A stretch of DNA of 64,000 nucleotides from Candidatus Moraniibacteriota bacterium. Lineage in GTDB: Bacteria; Patescibacteriota; Minisyncoccia; Moranbacterales; DUUL01. Below are positions 49,306 to 58,749 of the stretch, in pieces. The stretch is from the NCBI GenBank assembly GCA_041583775.1, contig JBFHFF010000006.1:461-64460 (forward strand), read 5' to 3'. Numbering within the stretch: position 1 is the first letter of the stretch; the number at the start of each line of letters is the position of its first letter. The position numbers and the translations under genes are program-made. Below the pieces are notes generated by a model. It had not been told where the DNA came from, ran no database searches, and saw only the letters and a list, made by a program, of their open reading frames with translations.

Positions 49306-52300
49306 CTATTCTTGAAAAAACAATTGTATAATGAGTTTTATTTTAGTTGGTTTAGCGCGAAGTTTTATCTTGAGATTTATGAAAGCAGATTCTTTTATTT
49401 TTTCAATATCATGATTGATTTTAACTTGGCTTAAAATATATCTAAAAATTTCAAGTTTAATTTTTCCATTAATATTACAATCTAGTATTAATAGGAGTAG
49501 TATCTCCGATAAAACCATATTCAATGATTCTGTACTTGTTTCGCTTTTAGCAAGAATACTAATTACATTTCTTATCTCATCTGTTGAGTAATTGTGTGAT
49601 TGCAATTGATCATAAATGAAATTCGCATCAACTGAAATATATTCGTAATTAAGATCTATTAATTTTTTTTGTAATTTATACTTTTCATCTAAAGACAATT
49701 TTTTGCTCTGCTGAGTAAATGTGAATAGAGTTTGAGAAGAGAAGGAAGAAACTCCATACTCAATATGTGCAAGTGTGCGCAATATTCTATCATCACAAAG
49801 CATTGGCTCCTTAATTTCTTGGGCTAATAAAATACTATCTGAAGTGCTTTTATCTAAAAAATTATTTATATTCTTACCCTCGCTCTTTTCTTTGGAAAGT
49901 CCATGTATTTTAACATTTTTATTTGAACTAATAAATGTTCTTATTTTTTCCAATAGGTCTACTAATTTCTGTATTTGCTCAGGAGAAATTTCAAATATAT
50001 GATTTTGTCCTTCGGTTTTCCCCAAAAGCTTTAAACCTTTTTTGGTGGAAAGTTTTCGTTCCTCAATGGTCTCAGTTATGTCATCCATAACAGATTGATG
50101 TATGTAGATCTTGCTAAACATTCTTGATAAAAAATCTAATTGATCTAAATGAGCAAAAAGAAATAATGGATAAATGTCCATAACTATGGATTTCTCAAGA
50201 CATTTTTGAACAATTTCTGTTTCCGATTTAATTTCATCTGGGGATCCAAATGAAATTTTTATTCCAGCTTCTTCTGTTTGAATAAATGCTGTCCATACAT
50301 CAAAAGGTTTTTTCCCTGTTATTCTAGGAATAGATGCTAATGGAGCTTTTGATTCTCGATAAAGATTAGTTGCGTTGTCGGTGGTCTCGGCAATTTTATC
50401 AACTACATTCATCATTTTACTAAAATCTCCGTTTTTTACATTAAAGCTTTGCAAGGCCTGTTCATCTGGAAATCTATTGCTGAACTCTGCAATAGATTTT
50501 TGAAATGCTTTTATGTGCTTTTTCTCCGGTTCTTTTTCATCAACTTGTTCTCGTTTTAAAAAGGTAGAAATGAAAGTCAAATGAGCCATGGGATTATTTG
50601 CATCATTTTCCAAAGCCTTGAAAGTAAGTTCAACAGCAGTTCTCCATTCCCCTATAAAAGAATAACCACCAGACAGAATAGCAAGGTCTTGTGTCTCAGT
50701 GATCTTGCCTTTCACTTTATCAAAAGCAATCTTTGCTTCATTTTCTTTGCCCAGTCTAAAACGACACATGCCATAATAAACAATGTATTGAAAATTTTCA
50801 GGATTAATTTCAAATAAATCCTTAAACATTCTTGAGGCTATGTCTAGATTTCCCAGATACAAATTAGCATAAGCACAAACTTGTTTTATAAATGGTCTGT
50901 TTTTTACTGCCTCTTGCAATGTATTTACCCATTCCAAGAGATTTCCATATTGACCAGAATTATAAAGACACTCGGCATATCTCAGTGTCGCATGATTTCC
51001 TTTTTGATGGTTTAAATATTTTTTGTATATTGCTTCGGCAGCCAAATAATCTTTTAAGCCAAACTTGATATCAGCGAGTTCTAGGTTCGCCAGCATCTTT
51101 TCTGTTTCTGTTGTTGCATTTTTTAAAGACTCATTTAATAAATCTTCTGCTCCTTGTAAACCATGTTGATGTAAATAAGAACTTCTCATTCGAAGCACCT
51201 GGGAATTATGAGGAAACTCATTTTTAAGTCTTTCCAGTAAAGCGTTTAATTTGGTGTTTTCTAGTTTTCTTGAATAAAGATTAATCGCTAATTCAGCAAT
51301 ATTAATATTAAGTTTGTCGTCTTTATCTAATAGCTCCTCGATGATTTTTTCAGCAGTGGATAAATCTCCCACTTTAAGAGAACAATAAGCTATATTACAG
51401 TCAATTTCGGGGTCTCTACCTCCACGTTTTTTGTATTCTCGAAAACTACTAATCGCTTCTTTGTGTTGCCCAAGTTTTAACTGAGAGATTCCTTTATTTA
51501 AAAAGGGTATCTCTGACTTTGGGTTTATAATCGTTGCAAGTTCTGCCGATGCTATGGATTTATCATATTGACCAAGAACTGTATAACAGCCAGAGAGGTT
51601 TGTGTAAACAGTTTCTAATTCATACTCCTGCTCAGTTTCACTTAAAATATGAACTGCCTCATTCAAGTGCTGGATAGCTCTATCGAATTTATTTTTTATT
51701 TCGGAAGGAATTCTATCGGGAGCAAAGGGATTATCCTTAATTATTTTTTGCATACCAATCATTGTGTTTTGAGCATTCATCAAGAGACCTCTTAAATTTT
51801 GCGGTTCAAGACTAAGTAGATTTTCGAAAGAAGTAGTAGCACCATCAAAGTCTTCCTTTGACATTTTCTCCATTCCTTTAAATAAATGCACAAGTGCCAT
51901 TTTGTTTTTATCTCTAAGAAAAGAATATAGCTCCACATAGTTTTTCAGATCATAGAGTATGTTAGCCTTAATAGAAATAGCATGTTCATTATCAGGATGC
52001 TTTTCTAATAGATTATTTATAATCTCCAATCCTTCAAATGAAGTTCCTTTGAGCATTTTTGATAAAGCATAATTAACTACAGCCATGGGAAAATCTGGCT
52101 CTATCTTGTAAGCTTTTTCAAAAAAATCTACGGCGACTTGAGTATTGCCTAAATTTAACTCACATACTCCAAGATTATTATAAGTTCTGAAATAAATATG
52201 AGAATCAATTATAATAGTTCCAGAATCCAAATCATTTAAAATCAATTCATACTCTTTCTTTGCTGTTTTATATTTAGATTGACTCATTTTGTCTCTTGCC

Positions 52301-52851
52301 TGGTCAATTTTTCTTTGATAATTTTTCTCGATTACTGTATTATATTTTTTCGTCACATCTTCTATTGAATTTAAATGACCAAAGACGTCGGTTATTTGCT
52401 TTTCAATGTCTGGTTGTATGAGATCTGGATATTGACTTCGTAAGGATGGGTGTTTCGTGAACAGCTGAGTAAGTTTTGGACTAGACCATGAAATACCGAC
52501 AAATCCACGAGAGGATGCTTCTTCTCTAATATATGTTTGCACTGGCTCTCGAAGTTCACGGGGTGTTAAAAATATCCAGTTCTTTATCTGGTATGAACCT
52601 GAGTCAATAAGGTTTTTTGCCTTGTCTAAATCATTCTTAATTTTTGTTTTATAGACAGAATCATTTGCCTTTTCTGGTTTTTCTGGACAATATAATTGAA
52701 AGAGAATTTTATTTTTTGGCGAATATCCGTCATTTCCACCATCACCACCACTATCATCAATTGTTTGGAAATCAAGATATTCAGCACAAAGTAAACTTTT
52801 GCAGATACTGGTAAATAAATCATTAGAGGTTATTTGACTAATTTTATCCAT
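49306..52851 (-). CDS. Restriction-endonuclease-like + TPR + C-terminal PIN domain protein (putative defence effector)
   Basis: N-terminal GGDGGNDG..FQLY; many TPR helices (YNNLG.C, Y.NLS.C, NKGI..L.LG); PIN-like IVMDIYPL...DSILLA...CDDRILR. Confidence 0.75.
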   Translation of the reverse strand: MDKISQITSNDLFTSICKSLLCAEYLDFQTIDDSGGDGGNDGYSPKNKILFQLYCPEKPEKANDSVYKTKIKNDLDKAKNLIDSGSYQIKNWIFLTPRELREPVQTYIREEASSRGFVGISWSSPKLTQLFTKHPSLRSQYPDLIQPDIEKQITDVFGHLNSIEDVTKKYNTVIEKNYQRKIDQARDKMSQSKYKTAKKEYELILNDLDSGTIIIDSHIYFRTYNNLGVCELNLGNTQVAVDFFEKAYKIEPDFPMAVVNYALSKMLKGTSFEGLEIINNLLEKHPDNEHAISIKANILYDLKNYVELYSFLRDKNKMALVHLFKGMEKMSKEDFDGATTSFENLLSLEPQNLRGLLMNAQNTMIGMQKIIKDNPFAPDRIPSEIKNKFDRAIQHLNEAVHILSETEQEYELETVYTNLSGCYTVLGQYDKSIASAELATIINPKSEIPFLNKGISQLKLGQHKEAISSFREYKKRGGRDPEIDCNIAYCSLKVGDLSTAEKIIEELLDKDDKLNINIAELAINLYSRKLENTKLNALLERLKNEFPHNSQVLRMRSSYLHQHGLQGAEDLLNESLKNATTETEKMLANLELADIKFGLKDYLAAEAIYKKYLNHQKGNHATLRYAECLYNSGQYGNLLEWVNTLQEAVKNRPFIKQVCAYANLYLGNLDIASRMFKDLFEINPENFQYIVYYGMCRFRLGKENEAKIAFDKVKGKITETQDLAILSGGYSFIGEWRTAVELTFKALENDANNPMAHLTFISTFLKREQVDEKEPEKKHIKAFQKSIAEFSNRFPDEQALQSFNVKNGDFSKMMNVVDKIAETTDNATNLYRESKAPLASIPRITGKKPFDVWTAFIQTEEAGIKISFGSPDEIKSETEIVQKCLEKSIVMDIYPLFLFAHLDQLDFLSRMFSKIYIHQSVMDDITETIEERKLSTKKGLKLLGKTEGQNHIFEISPEQIQKLVDLLEKIRTFISSNKNVKIHGLSKEKSEGKNINNFLDKSTSDSILLAQEIKEPMLCDDRILRTLAHIEYGVSSFSSQTLFTFTQQSKKLSLDEKYKLQKKLIDLNYEYISVDANFIYDQLQSHNYSTDEIRNVISILAKSETSTESLNMVLSEILLLLILDCNINGKIKLEIFRYILSQVKINHDIEKIKESAFINLKIKLRAKPTKIKLIIQLFFQE

Positions 52852-52926
52852 GGGTATTTGAATTTATTTTTAGGGAGAGTTCCTTTAATAGTAATACTTA
52901 GAGTGCAGATTTGCAATATTTTCCCA

Positions 52927-53035
52927 TTTTTCTTCTTATTTGTCTTCTTGTAAATTCCCGCATGCAGTCAAGGTGGAGACTCCGTACTACCTTGAGGGCA
53001 GAAAGAAATTTGCTAAAAAAGAGGAAGAAGAAAAA
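52927..53035. other. Long imperfect hairpin, candidate single-strand origin
   Basis: tcaaggtgg/ctaccttga core with further outer pairing (tgc/gca, gtaaatt/aatttgc, ttttcttct/agaagaaaa); intergenic within the RCR element. Confidence 0.45.
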
Positions 53036-53119
53036 GATTGTTTTTTAGTAGAAAATAGTATTTTTTATTGAATTATCTTATACTTAAACTATGTAAAATA
53101 ATTTTTGTAAAATTAAAAT

Positions 53120-53635
53120 ATGAAAAGTAAGACTAATAATTTAGATGTTTATATAAAAATTAGCATAACAATAGGAGTATTGGTCTTATCTTTTTCAATC
53201 GCATATTATTTAATTATCTTTTTACCACAGAAAGAAAGAATAAGAGTTGAGAAAGAAAAGCAGATTCAATTAGTAAAAGAAAAGGAAACAAGCGAGAAAG
53301 AGGCCAAAGAGCGAGAAAATGAATTGCAAGTTAAAATTACTAAATGTTTTGAAGATGGAAAAAAGTTTCATAAAGAATATGTGGACTCGAATAAGGGATA
53401 CTATTTTGAGCCAAAATATAATTATAATAAAAAAATAGAAAAATGTTTGTATAGTGGTGGCTATGGAGACTCACTAGTTCATTCTTGGAAAGAAGCGAAT
53501 TCTGGTAATAACCATTGGGATAGAATTGTAAAAGATGTATATACTAATGAAATGGTCTTATATGCTTCAGATTTTTACAATACTGAAGAAATAGAAGAAT
53601 TTTGGAAAGAGCATAATGAATTAATGAGTAATTAG
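53120..53635 (+). CDS. Membrane-anchored hypothetical protein
   Basis: TM then coiled coil and a two-Cys domain. Confidence 0.7.
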   Translation: MKSKTNNLDVYIKISITIGVLVLSFSIAYYLIIFLPQKERIRVEKEKQIQLVKEKETSEKEAKERENELQVKITKCFEDGKKFHKEYVDSNKGYYFEPKYNYNKKIEKCLYSGGYGDSLVHSWKEANSGNNHWDRIVKDVYTNEMVLYASDFYNTEEIEEFWKEHNELMSN

Positions 53636-54361
53636 ATGATTTCTAGATTTACCTCTAAAGACAAAGTCTATCAAGAACTTCTTCTACTCACCGCTAACGA
53701 TGAGTTCATGAAAGACGTGAATAAACTCAGAAAAAAATGTGAAAAAGAATCGGAGTATTTTTTGGATGAAAATAAGGAAAAATTTTTTGCCGATTACTCT
53801 CAAACAAATAACTATCAAAAAGATGTTGAGGAATTAAGAGATAAATATAAACTTTCTAGACTTTATCAATTTCCTTTGTACATGTTTTGTGATGGAAAGG
53901 GTGAAATGCCCGACTTAAGAAGCTTGAAAGGTTTATGGAAAACTGACAAATTGGAACGAGTCTATACATTAAAAGATCCTGGAGTTTTGATTGATTGGGC
54001 AGAAATAGACCCATCTTTTCCATTGAAAGCGATAGAAAGTCAACTTGAAAGTCATGTTGTTTTGAAAATTTATCCTGAAACTACTAAAAAAGATTTTATT
54101 GAAGCTTGGCCTAAAATTTCCAAAGAAAGAGATAGGCTTTTTGGCATTGAGTCTATCCGAAATTCTAAGAGAGCTAATCTTACTAGAGATTTATTTATTC
54201 ATAAACTCAAAAACAAAGGTAAAACCTGTGTGGAAATAACTAAAACAATCAATGGAGATGAAAGATTTAAAAAGCAAAAAATATCTTATGAAGAAGTCTC
54301 TAAAATAATACAAAGACTTAAAAAAAGAGCAAAAAGATTAGGGGCAACCAAGAAAACCTAG
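53636..54361 (+). CDS. Hypothetical protein with possible C-terminal HTH
   Basis: KIYPETT..D....W; RDLFI..LK.KG.T..EI...ISYEEVSKII.R. Confidence 0.65.
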   Translation: MISRFTSKDKVYQELLLLTANDEFMKDVNKLRKKCEKESEYFLDENKEKFFADYSQTNNYQKDVEELRDKYKLSRLYQFPLYMFCDGKGEMPDLRSLKGLWKTDKLERVYTLKDPGVLIDWAEIDPSFPLKAIESQLESHVVLKIYPETTKKDFIEAWPKISKERDRLFGIESIRNSKRANLTRDLFIHKLKNKGKTCVEITKTINGDERFKKQKISYEEVSKIIQRLKKRAKRLGATKKT

Positions 54362-54424
54362 GTCGCCTTATATTAAAAATACAAACTTAGCTAAATTAAC
54401 ACTATTAATAAGTAGTGTTTTTTT

Positions 54425-54652
54425 GTGACTTACAAATTTAGTCAAAAATTAAGAGAACGATTACAAAGACATCTTGAAAAAGATTGTTCTTTGGTCGTTT
54501 CAGATGAGACTGCCGATGAATTTCTTAGTTCATACAGTGCCTTATATCTTAGTTTTAATGAAATAGAGCGGAAGCGGAATTTGCCGAAGGCAAAGACGCA
54601 TCGCTCTATTCCTTTACTTGACTATAAGCACACATCTAAGGATTTATGGTAG
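54425..54652 (+). CDS. Small hypothetical protein upstream of Rep
   Basis: GTG start, overlaps the rep start; 3' part overlaps the origin-like hairpin. Confidence 0.55.
   Translation: MTYKFSQKLRERLQRHLEKDCSLVVSDETADEFLSSYSALYLSFNEIERKRNLPKAKTHRSIPLLDYKHTSKDLW
54560..54626 (+). other. Candidate double-strand origin (hairpin plus nick-site-like TACTTG^ACTA)
   Basis: aatagagcg..gcg..tttgcc-gaa-ggcaaa..cgc..cgctctatt nested stem followed by ACTTGA, just upstream of rep. Confidence 0.5.
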
Positions 54653-55398
54653 AACTATACAACGACAAAATTATACTATCTGGGAAAGAGTTGGAGCATT
54701 ATCACTATAAAGATAAGCCCATTCTTAAAGGATATCGACGCAGAAAAAGAAGGGTTGCTACAAAGAGGACTGCAAAAAAAGAAATGACTGCAGTAGAGCA
54801 ACGCGAAAAGACAAAGTTTTCTGTTAATCGTACTAGAACTCAAATTAGAAGAATTGTGAATTCTAATTATAAGTTGAATAAGTTTTTAACTTTAACCTCC
54901 AGAATAACAGATATCGGAGAATCAAATAGATGTTTTAATCTGTTTGTTCAAAAAATGAAAGATAGATTTCCTGAATTTCAATATTTTGCTGTTCCAGAGT
55001 TTCAGAAAGATGTTGATTTCAATGGGGTGGCTAAAGAAAATGGGGGTGCAGTTCATTACCATTTAATTTGCAATCTTCGTTATATTAAACAGAAAAAATT
55101 GGAAAAGATTTGGGGGCATGGATTTGTTTGGATTAAAAGAATCGACAGGGTAAAGAATTTAGGCGCTTATCTTTGTAAGTATTTGCAAAAAGAAATGTTT
55201 GATAAACGAATGTTTGGAAAAAAGAAATTCTTTTGCTCCCAAGATCTAGCAAGACCCATTGATGTTGTTGGGGAAACTGCCAAAACCTTTCTAGCGGACG
55301 GCAAAGAAAATCTGAAACTTATTAGGGAAAGTGAGTATGAAAATGAATATCGTGGTAGAGTTGAACATAAATTGTATAATTTCAAGAAATACCTCTAA
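54646..55398 (+). CDS. Rolling-circle replication initiator (HUH endonuclease)
   Basis: Motif I FLTLT, motif II E.Q...GAVHYHL, W.HG, motif III YLCKY. Confidence 0.85.
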   Translation: MVELYNDKIILSGKELEHYHYKDKPILKGYRRRKRRVATKRTAKKEMTAVEQREKTKFSVNRTRTQIRRIVNSNYKLNKFLTLTSRITDIGESNRCFNLFVQKMKDRFPEFQYFAVPEFQKDVDFNGVAKENGGAVHYHLICNLRYIKQKKLEKIWGHGFVWIKRIDRVKNLGAYLCKYLQKEMFDKRMFGKKKFFCSQDLARPIDVVGETAKTFLADGKENLKLIRESEYENEYRGRVEHKLYNFKKYL

Positions 55399-55450
55399 TT
55401 GATTTTATCCTAAAATTTGGTTATTATTGGAAACCATAATAAAAAAATCT

Positions 55451-56938
55451 ATGAAATATATAATTTACGCTAGAAAATCTTCAGAGGGCGAAGACAGGCA
55501 GATTCAGTCAATCGATGATCAGATTGATTTTGCAAAGAAACTGGCTAGGGGAAAATGGTTTGGATGTAGTTGAAATATTCTTTGAATCAAAATCCGCAAA
55601 AGAACCTGGCGGAAAGGTTTTTAACGAAATGTTGGAATTTATAGAAAACCAAAAAGAAATTGGAATCATAACGTGGAAGTTGGATAGACTGACTAGAAAT
55701 CCTTTAGATAGTGGAAAAATTCAATGGCTTTCACAAACTGGAATCATTAAAGAAATTAGAACTTCCGATAGAACTTATTATCCAGAAGATAATGCTTTGA
55801 TTTATGCCGTAGAGTCAGGAATGGCAAATCAATATAGCAGAGATTTAAGCAAAAATGTTTTAAGGGGAATTCAGTCAAAATTAGAAAAAGGGATTTGGCC
55901 TAATCGTGCCCCAATGGGTTATTCGAATAAAAATAATCAAATTGTCATTGATAAAGAAAATTCAAAATATCTTAAAAGAGCTTTTGAATTATATTCAAGG
56001 GGGGATTGTAGTCTTAGAGAGGTTGCTAATATACTTTTTGCTGAAGGGTTTCGTTCAAGGGCTGGTTATAAATATCACAAAAGTAAACTATATAAGATTT
56101 TTTCAAATCCATTTTATTATGGGGTGATGTTTATGCATGGAGAATATTATTCAGGTATACACGAGCCCATTATTTCCAAAACCCTTTTTGATAAAGTTCA
56201 ACTTGCAATGAACGGAAGAAGTCACAGTAAAAAACAAAAACATTTATTTGCTTTTAGGGGAATGCTACATTGTGAAAAATGCGGTTGTCTTTTAACTGCT
56301 ACTAAGAAAAAAGGTTTTACTTATTATTATTGCACCAACGGAAGAGGCGAATGTGAAGAACACAAAAAGTATTTACGAAGTGAAAAAGTTGAAGCAATGT
56401 TAGCTGATTCATTGGGCAAGTTGAATCTTAGTGCTGAATCAGTTGAAATTATGTACCTATCCGTTAAAGAAGCAATTTCACACAAAAGAAACTATAAAGA
56501 GGAGCTGTTAAATACACCCTCAAAGGAGCTAAATTTAGTTAAGACGAAGAGGGAAAGGCTTTTAGACCTATATTGTGTTCATCAACCCTTTCCGCAGAGG
56601 TCTACAAACAAAAAGAAGGTCTTTTTAAAAAAGAAGAAGTTGATTTGAATGTTCGGATAGCTAAACTCAAAGGAAATCTAACCAAAGAGGTTTCTACTTT
56701 GGAACAGACAAAAAAAGTCTTTTTAAAGGCTTGTAATGCACAAAAAACATTTTTAGAGGCGACAGAATTGGGCAAAAGAAAAACGCTCCAAAATCTACTT
56801 TGGAACGTTACTTTTCAAAATCAAAAATTGTCTAATATAAGCTTCAAACCAGAGTTCGAAGTCATAGCTAAAGAGCCTAATTTGAATGATTTTGACAGAC
56901 TGCGGAGAGAGGGAGATTCGAACTCCCGGGACTCGTGA
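55451..56938 (+). pseudogene. Large serine recombinase with two frameshifts
   Basis: MKYIIYARKSSEGEDRQ at 55451, DRLTRN, P.GY, HEPII, C..CG/YYYC Zn ribbon, coiled coil; shifts at GGGG 55548-55551 and ~56573. Confidence 0.88.
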
Positions 56939-56989
56939 AAGCCCAACACCTTAGCAGGGTGCCCCTTTCAGCCACTCAGGCATCTCTCC
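56903..56989 (-). tRNA. tRNA-Ser(GCT)
   Basis: GGAGAGA/TCTCTCC acceptor, anticodon loop CT-GCT-AA, long variable arm, GTTCGAATC. Confidence 0.96.
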
Positions 56990-57575
56990 ATTTGTTATTC
57001 TTTTTTCAAGATTTCAACTTTCTTAACTTATCATTTTATTATTAATTTGTCTAGCAGAGAGAGTCTGTCCAACATTAGTTTAGATGTATCTGTGGAGGCT
57101 TCTATAGATGTATCTAAGGAAGCTATTAAAAAATCGGCTTTTGCAAAAGAGCGGTTATATTCTCCATTGAGGAGGGTGGGGGGGGTAGGTTTCTTTTGCG
57201 GAGACCACATCTCATCCCATCTATCCCTTAAATCAAGAGACAGAACGAAGCTTTGTTTGCAACTTTGCAACCTTTGATGATATTATTAGTGAAAATATAA
57301 CAACTTTCATGATTATTGAAAAAACACATAAATTTTCAAAAAAATGGTATGCATCAATTGGAAGTTGGGAATTATTTTTGACTATTTTGTATTTTCAAAA
57401 AGGATAATCGTTTCATCTAGTGGACATCCTTTTTAACAGAAAGAGGGGAGATGAGAAGATTGGCCTTCGACCGATTCTTAATAAAATAAAAAGAAAAGAA
57501 ATCAAAAAATGCCCCCTTAGCAGTGTTTTTAAATTATCCCTCTTTATTTTTCTATAATATTTACTAGTATAAAAA

Positions 57576-58745
57576 ATGAAAACATTAATAACTAATAAGA
57601 GGGCATTTATCATCCTTGTAGTATTTCTAATTTCTCTACTGGTCTTTTTCTCTAGTTTTAAAATAACTAGTAAGAAGGTGTGGGTTGATGAGAAGGAAGA
57701 TATTCAGGAGCGCTTAGATGTTGAAATTACAGAAGAAAATGAAGACCTCGAAGAGGGTTTGGAGAATGAAATAGAGGCATATATAGAAGAAGATATCAGT
57801 GAATTGGATATTATCGAAGAAACGGAAATGATTGAAGAAGTTGAATCCAAAGAAGAGGTTGAGGAATTTGAAGAGTCCGAGGAAGGTTTCTTGGAGGCAT
57901 TACCCCTTGCTAGTAAGGAGTATGGAGAAAATGAACTTAAAGTTGGCTTTATTACGGATATTCATGCAAAATCAAATGCGGGAAAGAGCAGAGACATGAG
58001 AATAATCAAGGAAATTTTTAAAGAGAGAATAAATCATTTCACAGATGAAATGAATAATAATTTTAATCCTGACTTTATAGTAATTAATGGTGATGTCATA
58101 GAAGGAACTGGTAGGGATGGAGAAGTTGGAAGTGGAGAATTGAGTTCGGTTAAGAAACTTTTTGATAAAACCCTAATTCCTAAATATTGGGTCTTAGGAA
58201 ATCACGATCTGAGAGCAGTTGATAAAGATACTTGGAAAAAGTCTTTGGGGATTGATTATTTGGTGAAATCTTTTGATGTTAGGAATTACAGAATAATCAT
58301 TATGGATAGTAACTATGATAAAAGTAATAATGATATTAGGCCGGGGGAATATTACACTCGTGGGAATGTTTCTGCAAAACAAATTGAATGGCTTAAAAAA
58401 GAGCTTAAGACTGACAAAAAGAAAGTTGTTTTTATACACCACCCGCCAATCTGGAGCGTTGATGTTCATTCTAATAGTGGATTGCCACTTAATGCCCTGA
58501 AATTGCAAAAAGTTTTTAAGGATAACAATGTTACGGCCGTTTTCTCTGGACACATTGAAGATTTTTATTTTGACAAAATTGATGAGGTTAAATATTTTGT
58601 TTTTCCTGGAGTTGTGAAGAACGAAAAATATCAAGGAACTTTTGCTGAATTAAATTTTAAGGATGAAGAAGTTGAAATTAATGTTAGTTATATAGGGGGT
58701 AATGATAAATATAGAAAAATTAATCTTAAAGAAATTATAGAATAG
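57576..58745 (+). CDS. Membrane-anchored calcineurin-like metallophosphoesterase
   Basis: DIH, GD, GNHD, HHP, SGH motifs after an acidic linker. Confidence 0.9.
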   Translation: MKTLITNKRAFIILVVFLISLLVFFSSFKITSKKVWVDEKEDIQERLDVEITEENEDLEEGLENEIEAYIEEDISELDIIEETEMIEEVESKEEVEEFEESEEGFLEALPLASKEYGENELKVGFITDIHAKSNAGKSRDMRIIKEIFKERINHFTDEMNNNFNPDFIVINGDVIEGTGRDGEVGSGELSSVKKLFDKTLIPKYWVLGNHDLRAVDKDTWKKSLGIDYLVKSFDVRNYRIIIMDSNYDKSNNDIRPGEYYTRGNVSAKQIEWLKKELKTDKKKVVFIHHPPIWSVDVHSNSGLPLNALKLQKVFKDNNVTAVFSGHIEDFYFDKIDEVKYFVFPGVVKNEKYQGTFAELNFKDEEVEINVSYIGGNDKYRKINLKEIIE

Positions 58746-58749
58746 AGTG

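Larger units (their letters stand above)
49264..56909. mobile_element. ~7.6-kb integrative rolling-circle element at the tRNA-Ser(GCT) 3' end
   Basis: 9-bp direct repeat TGCGGAGAG at both ends; serine recombinase reading into the tRNA; HUH Rep; cargo gene. Confidence 0.8.

Noticed and set aside
49252-49434. 60-aa + strand ORF with CxxC (MFLICGECG)
   Set aside because: Overlaps the att repeat and the 3' end of the TPR gene; the meaningful frame is the adjacent recombinase-tail frame
57031-57277. Two overlapping opposite-strand short ORFs upstream of tRNA-Ser
   Set aside because: TTG starts, no recognisable motifs; cannot tell whether either is real or a decayed gene
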